Made by a program: the position numbers and the translations under genes
Shown: one piece after another, positions 1 to 7,845 of the stretch
Position numbering within the stretch: position 1 is the first letter of the stretch
Layout of the letters: the number at the start of each line of letters is the position of its first letter
IMG/VR virus record: IMGVR_UViG_3300006188_000292
Coordinates: 1 to 34,041 of that record
Length of the DNA stretch: 34,041 nt
Origin: a virus
Lineage: Duplodnaviria; Caudoviricetes
Direction: 5' to 3' (one strand)
Notes under the pieces: model-generated
Told to the model about the DNA's origin: nothing
The model's database searches: none
The model's input: only the letters and a program-made list of their open reading frames with translations

Positions 1-249
1 TTAGTTTAACAAGATAGCTGGGTTATATTCACCATTTGGGTCAATATTTTTACCGTGTATTCTTGATAAAAAATCGTTGTACTGGTTACCTGCTAACTGC
101 CATTCCTTTTTTGCTTTGTAATAGGCGCTCAATTCATCCATATCACCAAAGCCTTTAACGCTAGTTATCTCCTTTTCTAATGGGATATAAACGTTGCCTT
201 TCTCAATAAATGCTTTCTGTAATTCTGTAAATTTTTCTTGCCAAGTCAT
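1..249 (-). CDS. Hypothetical protein, 82 aa
   Basis: Clean ORF with Bacteroidota -7 box TACCTTTG upstream. Confidence 0.7.
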   Translation of the reverse strand: MTWQEKFTELQKAFIEKGNVYIPLEKEITSVKGFGDMDELSAYYKAKKEWQLAGNQYNDFLSRIHGKNIDPNGEYNPAILLN

Positions 250-272
250 AACTAAAATATTTTTGTGGGCAT

Positions 273-302
273 CAAAGGTAGAACCGTTTTATAGATAAAC
301 AA
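273..302 (-). promoter_or_regulatory. Bacteroidota housekeeping promoter (-7 TACCTTTG at 280-273, TTG ~19 nt upstream)
   Basis: Matches TAnnTTTG consensus just upstream of ORF 1..249. Confidence 0.55.
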
Positions 303-342
303 TCCAGTAATTCAAGATTTAACATTTATAGGTTAATAGATA
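296..342 (+). promoter_or_regulatory. Phage promoter-like motif TAAACAATCCAGT-N27-ATAGATA
   Basis: TAAACAATCCAGT also at 28908 and 29312 with similarly spaced ATATATA. Confidence 0.5.
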
Positions 343-346
343 TTGT

Positions 347-937
347 ATGCAGCAGTATTTTATTAACCAATCAAAGGATGAACGTGTTTTATTAGATAAT
401 ATAATTAATGGCATTTTTAATAAAGCCAAATACAATATTGAATATTATTTCACAGCAGCCGAAAGCCAAGATGTTTATGATGCCTATGTAATGCTATTTG
501 ACAAAGAAACCCATTCAATGCGAAAGAGCTATGTAATAGAAATGAAAATCAGAAACACACACTATGATGATTTGATGCTAGAGAAAATTAAGTATAAAGA
601 CTTAAAAGCAGTTTCCGTAGGAACTGGGGCATCAATACTATACATCAACACTACACCACAGGGAACTTATATTTTCAACCTATCAGAACTAGACTATTTA
701 GAGAATGTAGATTGGAATGAAAGGAAATACAATAAAAAGACCCTTGATAAAAGCTATGGTAAAGTAAACAAGTTAGAAACCAAGTTAGATATTAAGCTGG
801 CAAAAACTTACCCACTTAAACAAAGTGATTTAGAATTATTGAAAGCGAATAAAGAAGTTAAATCACTATTAAAGAAAACAATTGAGAAACAAAAAAGGTG
901 CTTTTGTTTGTATAGAGATGTGTTTGGAGTAGCATAG
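347..937 (+). CDS. Putative PD-(D/E)XK-family nuclease
   Basis: YDAY...VIEMKIR motif resembles the D...(E/D)xK catalytic arrangement. Confidence 0.55.
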   Translation: MQQYFINQSKDERVLLDNIINGIFNKAKYNIEYYFTAAESQDVYDAYVMLFDKETHSMRKSYVIEMKIRNTHYDDLMLEKIKYKDLKAVSVGTGASILYINTTPQGTYIFNLSELDYLENVDWNERKYNKKTLDKSYGKVNKLETKLDIKLAKTYPLKQSDLELLKANKEVKSLLKKTIEKQKRCFCLYRDVFGVA

Positions 938-1065
938 TTGTCCACATTATAGGTCTAAACTAGGGATATACTCTATATCCTGTTTTCCCATAAATAATAA
1001 CCATCACGGAAATTCCGCCGTGCGGTATATCCTCCTGACATTAGCCTTATCAAAAACAAAATGAT

Positions 1066-1347
1066 ATGGCAACAGCAACAAACAACAAAAAGACAGCAGC
1101 AAAGAAAGCAGCACCAGTAGCAAAAACAGAACCAATTGCAGTAGCTAAGACAACTTACCACTTTTGGCGCAATTGGGTTAAAGACATTGCATCATCAGTA
1201 AAGGGTGCAAGATTTGCAAAAGAAAAGGTAGGTTATAACGGTGTTATTACTGTACCTGATGATGCTTCAAAGACTAAGCTTTTAAAAGCATTAGAAACAT
1301 GGAAGAAAAAGAATACTGATACAGTTGATTTATGGACTGTGATTTAG
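1066..1347 (+). CDS. Small basic protein with Ala/Lys/Pro-rich N-terminus
   Basis: KKTAAKKAAPVAK tract; A-rich leader; followed by terminator. Confidence 0.75.
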   Translation: MATATNNKKTAAKKAAPVAKTEPIAVAKTTYHFWRNWVKDIASSVKGARFAKEKVGYNGVITVPDDASKTKLLKALETWKKKNTDTVDLWTVI

Positions 1348-1368
1348 TCAGTAGCTACTTAAAGCAGC

Positions 1369-1394
1369 AAAGCCCCCAAATTGGGGGCTTTTTT
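1369..1394. terminator. Bidirectional intrinsic terminator
   Basis: AAAGCCCCCAA-A-TTGGGGGCTTT plus T run, between convergent genes. Confidence 0.85.
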
Positions 1395-1422
1395 CATAAA
1401 AATTAATCATTCACATCACATA

Positions 1423-1443
1423 CTATATATTAGTTCCCAAAAG
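1423..1443 (-). promoter_or_regulatory. CTTTTG-N7-ATATATA motif
   Basis: Same bipartite spacing as near 4537-4556 and 19795-19814. Confidence 0.4.
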
Positions 1444-1458
1444 TCATTTTTTAGCTAT

Positions 1459-1929
1459 TTAGGACTTATTTGGGACGTCCGTTTCTGTTTCTGATGTATT
1501 CGTATCATCTGACCCAGCAATCTCTTTAATAACGTCCTTATTCTTAAATAGCCCTTTTATAATGTTACCGATGGGAACACCCGTTAAACTGGTAATATTT
1601 TCTCCTATACTCTTTAACTCTACTACTGCCAAGAACGTAGCTACACATCTTGTAATCGGTATTAAGTCACCAATGAAAATAGGTAGCTGTATAATTGCCG
1701 ATGCAATAATTGCTATCAGATACCCACCCAGCTTTATAGGTGTACGTCTTAATCCTTTAGATGTAATCTTTTCACCCCTTTTGTAGGCAGCCCATATACC
1801 TGTCATTAAATCAATTAGTATTAGGGCCATCATCCAGCCTAATAGTGGTTTGATAGGTAGTATTAATGCCACTACGGCAATTGATACTTCGCTAAGATGG
1901 TTTAGTATCCAGTTGAACGCTTGTTTCAC
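1459..1929 (-). CDS. Holin (phage holin 4-like)
   Basis: Hydrophobic segments; IDLMTGIWAAYKRGEKITSKGLRRT and ELKSIGENI motifs; last gene of late operon. Confidence 0.8.
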   Translation of the reverse strand: MKQAFNWILNHLSEVSIAVVALILPIKPLLGWMMALILIDLMTGIWAAYKRGEKITSKGLRRTPIKLGGYLIAIIASAIIQLPIFIGDLIPITRCVATFLAVVELKSIGENITSLTGVPIGNIIKGLFKNKDVIKEIAGSDDTNTSETETDVPNKS

Positions 1930-2023
1930 TTTGTTTATTTATTTTTTGTTCTTGACTTACTAAAGCCAAAATCTTTGCCTCATTAGCTTTATTAATGCCT
2001 CTCGTTTTCTTCTTATCTGACAT
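1892..2023 (-). CDS. Small 43-aa ORF (MSDKKKTRGINKANEAKILALV...) not in ORF track
   Basis: ATG overlaps the end of the adaptor gene and fills the gap before the holin. Confidence 0.35.
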   Translation of the reverse strand: MSDKKKTRGINKANEAKILALVSQEQKINKQSETSVQLDTKPS

Positions 2024-2579
2024 ATCTTAAATCGTTATTGTCCCAATATCTTTTACCACCGATATACATACCACCGATAAAGTGATTATTAATTGGCGGT
2101 ACAGTTACTAAGTGTGAGTAATCATAGTGTTCAGGAAAAAGGGTAATGTTATCGTGTATATATTTAGTTATCCTACTAGTATATGTTTCGGCAAAATGCC
2201 TATCCTCGGCTTTAAGAGAATCTATTTCTTCCATGTCACTAGCTTGTGAATATTCAGAACTCTTTTTAGCTACGTTCTTATTAGTAGGTCTGTAATTCAA
2301 TTTGGTTTTTGAATAAACTTCCACCCACGATGCCATGGCTTTCATTATATAATCCTCTAAAAGCGTCTTATACTGATTAGCAAGCGTATCAGTAGCCACA
2401 TCATCCATTAACTTTTGAAATAGAGTAGTGCCTAATACAGGTTCAATGAAAACATCTTGCACTTTGATTATAATTGGTTCTAAAATCTTAGGGTCAATGT
2501 TCTTATCAAAGCCACATTCATCAAATAAATATTCAGTGTCTATAAAGGTTATGTAATTAGCCATTCTGTGTAGGATCAT
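2013..2579 (-). CDS. Head-tail adaptor/connector (start probably at MANYITF)
   Basis: Follows portal; IEPVLGTTLFQKL...YKTLLEDYI pattern typical of Bacteroidota phage adaptors. Confidence 0.6.
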   Translation of the reverse strand: MILHRMANYITFIDTEYLFDECGFDKNIDPKILEPIIIKVQDVFIEPVLGTTLFQKLMDDVATDTLANQYKTLLEDYIMKAMASWVEVYSKTKLNYRPTNKNVAKKSSEYSQASDMEEIDSLKAEDRHFAETYTSRITKYIHDNITLFPEHYDYSHLVTVPPINNHFIGGMYIGGKRYWDNNDLRYVR

Positions 2580-3843
2580 TTTGTGGCGGTTTTTGTCCGC
2601 TTTTTACAAGTTTTGTAGCTTCTTTCTCTGAATAACCGATAGCTACCATTATTTGTATCTTTTGCTCATCAGGACAAGCCGATGTTAATATTGAAAGCAA
2701 GTCACCAACTGATATGTCAACCTTTACATCAATTGTAAACCTTTGTAGCTTTAATTTATCATTGATGCCTTTAGCACTTAGTATCTTTGTATAGGCATCT
2801 TCAATTATTTTCTGCCTTGGTGAAATTTGCTGTTCTTGAAATCTTGCCAAATCTTTAGTAAGGTCATTTGTATTACCTAATTCGCCAGGAACTCTAACAC
2901 CCATAAGAGCTGGGTTATTTACTTGGTGACCGACAAATATGTTGTCTTGTATATTCTTACTTAAATCTTTGTATGCACCATCACTATCGCCGGAAGGAAT
3001 AGGTGTTACTACTGCATTATTATCTTTATCGCTAAACATATGCAGTATCTTGTTTCCCGTAGCACCTGTATAATCTCTATTCATTTGCCTTATATACATC
3101 TCAAATTGTTCAGGTGTTGGTTGACCAGTTCTATGATTGATTACTATGTTAGGTGAAAAGCTGTTTTGAATATTATTTAGATGGTAGGCTGATATTTCAT
3201 ATTCTGCTAGAATAGAATTGATTGCCGAATAGTAATCAGGTAAGGTATATTTATTTAAGCCCTGTGGTTTGCTACCTCTTACATAAAGTATTTGCGCCCC
3301 TGATTTTAGGAATGTATCAGGATTAAAACCTTGATACCATATTTTATTTACTCTGTATTTTGACCAGTCATCACCAATAAAGTAGTTTTCTACATCAGGA
3401 AAATCAGGGTTAGTTTCTTCAATGCGCAATTTATACGGGTCAACGTATTCAATGCCACCAATTGTAGTTCTATCCCGGCTAGGAATTACTTTTAATGCAA
3501 AGGCATTATAGGTTTCCAAATCCTCGGCATTCATCTTTACAATTTCATCAGCCGATTTACCTTTACCACCCCCCTTATTTTGCAAGAATATTTTAGCTGG
3601 GTCAGTTAATGATGAAGTGTCCCATCCACCGCCACCAATCATAGCAGCTTTATTCTTTACTATTGCCGAGTGGCTGGTACTTTTATTTAAAAGGTCTAAT
3701 AGGTATTGCGGGTAATTATTGTCTTTACCAAATTTAACCACGCCAAGATGTGTACTTTCTTTGTAGTCTAAAGGTGTGGCGTTTAGATTGATTACTTTGT
3801 AAAATTGCCCATCAACATTGTGTAGGTTGTTATTATCTAACAT
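2557..3843 (-). CDS. Portal protein
   Basis: 428 aa; FGKDNNYPQYLLDL..S.SH.AI, Y.LPDY and GHQV.NP.LMG motifs of Bacteroidota phage portals. Confidence 0.85.
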   Translation of the reverse strand: MLDNNNLHNVDGQFYKVINLNATPLDYKESTHLGVVKFGKDNNYPQYLLDLLNKSTSHSAIVKNKAAMIGGGGWDTSSLTDPAKIFLQNKGGGKGKSADEIVKMNAEDLETYNAFALKVIPSRDRTTIGGIEYVDPYKLRIEETNPDFPDVENYFIGDDWSKYRVNKIWYQGFNPDTFLKSGAQILYVRGSKPQGLNKYTLPDYYSAINSILAEYEISAYHLNNIQNSFSPNIVINHRTGQPTPEQFEMYIRQMNRDYTGATGNKILHMFSDKDNNAVVTPIPSGDSDGAYKDLSKNIQDNIFVGHQVNNPALMGVRVPGELGNTNDLTKDLARFQEQQISPRQKIIEDAYTKILSAKGINDKLKLQRFTIDVKVDISVGDLLSILTSACPDEQKIQIMVAIGYSEKEATKLVKSGQKPPQNDPTQNG

Positions 3844-3850
3844 TCATAGT

Positions 3851-4243
3851 CTATCGTTTTTTATAAGCCTTAATTTTATTGTCAGCTTTGACATAGGCTT
3901 TAGTTTCTGAATGAGTGCCCACGATATTTAAAATACCAGTTTCAACCATTCCAATTGCATTGGACAAATTCAAATCATACTGATTTTCCATCTCATACAC
4001 TTCATAGGTATATTGTCCAGTTTCTACATTAATTATTCCCGCTGTTAATCCTGAATAGGTTGCAACTGAAATAGTAAATGAATTGTAGTAGTAAGGAACT
4101 GGTGAAATATCATCAGCCGTAAATACTACTTCATTTTCTGCATTAAAGAGTTTCCATGTAAAAAATGGATTATCTACATTTTGTGCTGCCTCATATAGTG
4201 TCACTGTTACTTTACTGGCACTAGCTACATTCAGGTATAACAT
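3851..4243 (-). CDS. Virion structural protein, beta-rich (possible head-associated)
   Basis: GQYTYEVYE...VETG motif; position directly before portal. Confidence 0.55.
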   Translation of the reverse strand: MLYLNVASASKVTVTLYEAAQNVDNPFFTWKLFNAENEVVFTADDISPVPYYYNSFTISVATYSGLTAGIINVETGQYTYEVYEMENQYDLNLSNAIGMVETGILNIVGTHSETKAYVKADNKIKAYKKR

Positions 4244-4257
4244 TGATTGTTTAATTT

Positions 4258-4530
4258 TTATTCATCGCTACCACCTATGCTACCTCTATCGCTTTGTGTA
4301 AAGCCTAATGAAGTTGCTAAAGCAGTTTGTATATCATCTGTATCAGGTGTTATATCTTCCGTTTCAATATCAAAAAGGTTTGAGTAGCCTGATATGTATA
4401 GATGTTTGTATAGCCCTGTTTCTACGTATCTAAGGGCTTGTATCTGTCCGTTTGGTAATACTATCTCCGTATCTAAAGCATCTTCTTTAGGCGTTAAATC
4501 GGATATTCTGTATGTAATATTTCTTGCCAT
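4258..4530 (-). CDS. Hypothetical protein, 90 aa
   Basis: ORF in late operon with its own ATATATAAG motif. Confidence 0.7.
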   Translation of the reverse strand: MARNITYRISDLTPKEDALDTEIVLPNGQIQALRYVETGLYKHLYISGYSNLFDIETEDITPDTDDIQTALATSLGFTQSDRGSIGGSDE

Positions 4531-4534
4531 ATAC

Positions 4535-4556
4535 CTTATATATCTATTTTCAAAAG
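4535..4556 (-). promoter_or_regulatory. Putative phage late promoter CTTTTG-N7-ATATATAAG
   Basis: Lies just after a terminator and just before a start codon. Confidence 0.55.
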
Positions 4557-4568
4557 TTTATTAATGAC

Positions 4569-4596
4569 AAAACACACCTAGCAATAGGTGTGTTTT
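4569..4596 (-). terminator. Intrinsic terminator after tail tube gene
   Basis: 12-bp stem AAAACACACCTA/TAGGTGTGTTTT, 4-nt loop. Confidence 0.8.
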
Positions 4597-4615
4597 AATG
4601 CGGTTGTACCTAAGA

Positions 4616-5128
4616 TTAAGGGACAATTAATTGAGCTGCCGCAGTCTGACTTAACTCGTATGCTAAGTATGGTTCTTGTGCCGTAAATGTTACTGTTAAA
4701 CCATTTAAATCGGCACCCACTTTACCAGTTCCACCCTCACCAGTTGTAGCGTCAATTCCATCTTGAGCGCCCATAAAGTGATATGTTCCGTTTTTGTCAA
4801 GAACTATTGCTCTAAAGCGACCTTGCATCAAGGTTTGAATTTTGTTATTATTAACTGCATTTAATTTAGGGAATGTAAGAACCAATGTTTGGTCAACAAA
4901 GTAACCCCAGTTTTCAGGGCTTGAAGTTGGTTTCTCTTGTAATTCTGAAACATTTTTTGGTTGCTCTACTAAATAGAAACTAGATGTACCAGCACTGAAT
5001 GTGCCAATTAAACCAGCAGTTATTGTATAAGTAAGGTTATTGGTATAGTCGCCTATCCATACCTTAGATAAACCACCACGGTTATCTTTACATCCAAGGT
5101 TTGTGGGACTCATATTTGAACACGCCAT
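4616..5128 (-). CDS. Major tail (tube) protein
   Basis: 170 aa; MAC...CKDNRGGL..V.I start and G...D.NG.TVTFTAQEP end typical of Bacteroidota siphovirus tubes. Confidence 0.7.
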   Translation of the reverse strand: MACSNMSPTNLGCKDNRGGLSKVWIGDYTNNLTYTITAGLIGTFSAGTSSFYLVEQPKNVSELQEKPTSSPENWGYFVDQTLVLTFPKLNAVNNNKIQTLMQGRFRAIVLDKNGTYHFMGAQDGIDATTGEGGTGKVGADLNGLTVTFTAQEPYLAYELSQTAAAQLIVP

Positions 5129-5156
5129 TTTATTATTAGTATTTTTTTATTCAGTT

Positions 5157-5195
5157 GGAATTGTGGCGGCGTCTTATAGACACTCACCACATTCC
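5157..5195 (-). promoter_or_regulatory. Intergenic stem-loop between capsid and tail tube genes (mRNA stabiliser/partial terminator)
   Basis: GGAATGTGG-TGA-GTGTCT-ATA-AGACGC-CG-CCACAATTCC on minus strand. Confidence 0.5.
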
Positions 5196-5211
5196 TAATG
5201 ATTTTGTTTTT

Positions 5212-6156
5212 TTATAGTGTATTTCTACTAGTTGCAACTGCCGCATATGTAGGGTTAGCTAAAGCAACCGCAATTTTTGCCCTGTATCTCAGACAGTATT
5301 TGTCAAGCGATTTGTCAAACCAAGCCATTATTGATTCTTCATCGGGCATTATATCAGTTCCAAAAAATGTCCATTCCATTTTATGCATAAATGCAAGATT
5401 TGAACCATTTAATCCTGATGTACCAACTAACTTAACATTCGGTTTACCCGCTACTCTAGTTTCATAATTTTTTACATCTGCTGGGTCTAAATGATAGTTG
5501 TTTACGTTTCTTATAGAAAGCACATAGTTGTCAAATATTTCTGTCCCAACAAATATTACTTCATCTTCTTCTGACCTTACATCAGCATCTAATGATGCAC
5601 ACATATTATCTATTGTCTTCAATATGCCATCTGTCCATCCTGTTGATACACCAAATCCTTGTGCTGTTAATCCAATGCAACCTGATGCTGTCGCTGTTGC
5701 AATCATACCAGTAATTAATGGATTGCCTAACCAAAATATTTTGTCAATTGATTTCGCCACCGCTTTTTCTTTTTCAGCGATAAAAGCACCTTCTAATGGT
5801 AGGTCTTGTAAATCTGAACCTCTCTTGCACCATTCTGGAAAGTATTTTTCAATATCTTGTAAACAGAATGTTTCTTCTGTTTTCAATCTCTTTGAAGTTA
5901 ACGTAACTCCTACAAGTGATGATGTTGCGCTATTTGCAATTGTTGAACAAGCATCGCCATCAACGAAGTCAAATGTATGTTTTGATACGGGCATTACTTT
6001 GGATGTTTTAACATCCAATACTGGTGTTACATAATCCAGTGTTTTTATTTTACCTATAACAGATGGAATAAAACCACTTGCATTTTGGTCAACATAGGTG
6101 TTGATAGAGGTATAGGTTACGCTAAATTCTTGGTTTTTGTATTTAAAATTTGCCAT
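5212..6156 (-). CDS. Major capsid protein
   Basis: 314 aa after protease and scaffold; EETFCLQD, IDKIFWLGN, FFGTD motifs. Confidence 0.8.
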   Translation of the reverse strand: MANFKYKNQEFSVTYTSINTYVDQNASGFIPSVIGKIKTLDYVTPVLDVKTSKVMPVSKHTFDFVDGDACSTIANSATSSLVGVTLTSKRLKTEETFCLQDIEKYFPEWCKRGSDLQDLPLEGAFIAEKEKAVAKSIDKIFWLGNPLITGMIATATASGCIGLTAQGFGVSTGWTDGILKTIDNMCASLDADVRSEEDEVIFVGTEIFDNYVLSIRNVNNYHLDPADVKNYETRVAGKPNVKLVGTSGLNGSNLAFMHKMEWTFFGTDIMPDEESIMAWFDKSLDKYCLRYRAKIAVALANPTYAAVATSRNTL

Positions 6157-6180
6157 TTCATAGGGTATATTTTTTGTTCC

Positions 6181-6783
6181 TTATTTATAGGAATTTGCCA
6201 ATGCTTTAAATCTTTCAATTCTCGCTTGTTCGGCAGTTTGTTTTATTTCTTGTCTTATAACTGGTGTTTCTACTGGTTGAGCCATAAACTCCGCTAGTTT
6301 TGTTTGTGTTGACATTGCCACATCGGTCGCATTGTTAGCCATATCAATTAGCTTATTAACTGCATCAGTTATTTGGCTTACTTGCTCTTCCAATGCTGTT
6401 AATCTTGCATCAACATCATCTTCTTCCTTAGCGTCATCGGCTGGCGTTTCAGATGCTTCTTCGGCTGGAGCTTCCATAGCTGTATTGTCAGCTTCGGCTG
6501 GGGCATCAGTAGCAGCATCTTTTAAATCTGTTACCTTACCACCAACTACTGTAAATGTTTTATCATTTTCCAGTGTATAGGTCCCATCAGCTAAAGGTGT
6601 TTGGTTGCCGTCTGCATCAACTGTATAAACTTGTGCATCATTAGCGATTTCAGAACCTGAAACGATTATTTCGGTTCCGTCTTTTAGTTTTAATGATGTG
6701 CCATTGTCAGCCGCCAATTGTATTTCCTTTGAATTAGAAAATATGTTTTTAAGCTTTTCAATTATTATTCTTTCTTCATTCAT
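6181..6783 (-). CDS. Capsid scaffolding protein
   Basis: Acidic, PLADGTYTLE motif, C-terminal coiled coil; between protease and capsid. Confidence 0.7.
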   Translation of the reverse strand: MNEERIIIEKLKNIFSNSKEIQLAADNGTSLKLKDGTEIIVSGSEIANDAQVYTVDADGNQTPLADGTYTLENDKTFTVVGGKVTDLKDAATDAPAEADNTAMEAPAEEASETPADDAKEEDDVDARLTALEEQVSQITDAVNKLIDMANNATDVAMSTQTKLAEFMAQPVETPVIRQEIKQTAEQARIERFKALANSYK

Positions 6784-6809
6784 CTAATTGAATTATTTTT
6801 CTATACCCA

Positions 6810-6818
6810 CTTATATAT
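6810..6818 (-). promoter_or_regulatory. Putative phage late promoter ATATATAAG
   Basis: Recurrent motif, here upstream of scaffold-capsid. Confidence 0.5.
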
Positions 6819-6843
6819 GGGTTATTTTGACTTTTTTAATTTG

Positions 6844-7830
6844 CTAGTCAAATTCTTCATCATCTTCATAATATTCTTCATCATCTACCTCACCGATACA
6901 CAGACTAAAACACTCGTTAAACAACATTTCAGACGTTTTGGGAGCTTCTATTTCCTTTTCCGTACAAATACTAAGGGCAAGATTTAATAAGTCTAAATCT
7001 GACAGCTTTTGTATCTCTTTTTTATAATCGGTTAAATAGTGTTTAGGACATTCACATTGCAATTCCATTTGGCGGGCCATCTCAACTAATCTATGTCCTA
7101 ATCTGCCTTGTACTGAAAAGCCATCTTTACCCATTTCCCTTACTTCATTCTTCCAAAATTCCTTGTCTAAAATCTTCACCTCAGTGAACATGGAGCCGAC
7201 TGGAAGATTAAACCCATAGTATTTAGACTTATCGTGATAAGTATCTTCAACAATCCAGTGACCTATAATGAAACCGTTTACTATTCGGCTAGTATGGTCA
7301 ACATTGATAGCACAGTTATTATTATTTTTAAAAAACTTATCGGAAATCATTCTTATGGTTTCAGCACTGAACTTCACCATATACTCACCGTCTTTATCCT
7401 TTCTGTATATAAGTTGGTCTGGTATAAGACATGGACCAGCCAATATCATTTTATCCTTATCAATAGAAAAACCTGATGAACGTGGTGCATCGTGTGCTGA
7501 TTTGTCCTTTTTCTCTCGGTTCTCCGATCTCCTTTTACCAGCATTGTGTCTAGCCCTTTTGTCCCAGCACAACTGACAGGCGTTCGGTTCAATTTTCCAG
7601 TAACCATCATCAATTAGTTTGCACCGACAGTTTGGATGTACAGGTGGTAGGTTATTTCCCTCGGTTTTCCACTTATGTTTTTTAAATGCTACCGCCTTAA
7701 TTCCTATTGCGGGATCTCCGACAATAGATATATAGTTTAAACCAGTAAAATCTTCCTCGTTTAAATCTTCTTCCTTAATGTAGATTTCATAAACAGGTAA
7801 TTCATTTTGATACTTTATTTTCTTTGGCAT
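6844..7830 (-). CDS. Prohead maturation protease (XkdF-like) with inserted PPVHPNCRC segment
   Basis: ISIVGDPAI, GPCLIPDQLIYR, NVDH, GFSVQG motifs. Confidence 0.7.
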   Translation of the reverse strand: MPKKIKYQNELPVYEIYIKEEDLNEEDFTGLNYISIVGDPAIGIKAVAFKKHKWKTEGNNLPPVHPNCRCKLIDDGYWKIEPNACQLCWDKRARHNAGKRRSENREKKDKSAHDAPRSSGFSIDKDKMILAGPCLIPDQLIYRKDKDGEYMVKFSAETIRMISDKFFKNNNNCAINVDHTSRIVNGFIIGHWIVEDTYHDKSKYYGFNLPVGSMFTEVKILDKEFWKNEVREMGKDGFSVQGRLGHRLVEMARQMELQCECPKHYLTDYKKEIQKLSDLDLLNLALSICTEKEIEAPKTSEMLFNECFSLCIGEVDDEEYYEDDEEFD

Positions 7831-7845
7831 TTTATAGGTTATTTT

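Noticed and set aside
973-1161. Cys-rich 62-aa minus ORF
   Set aside because: Antisense reading of the GCA/ACA-rich start of gene 1066..1347
1407-1418. 12-nt identity TGATGTGAATGA with 28998-29009
   Set aside because: Too short to exceed chance in AT-rich DNA
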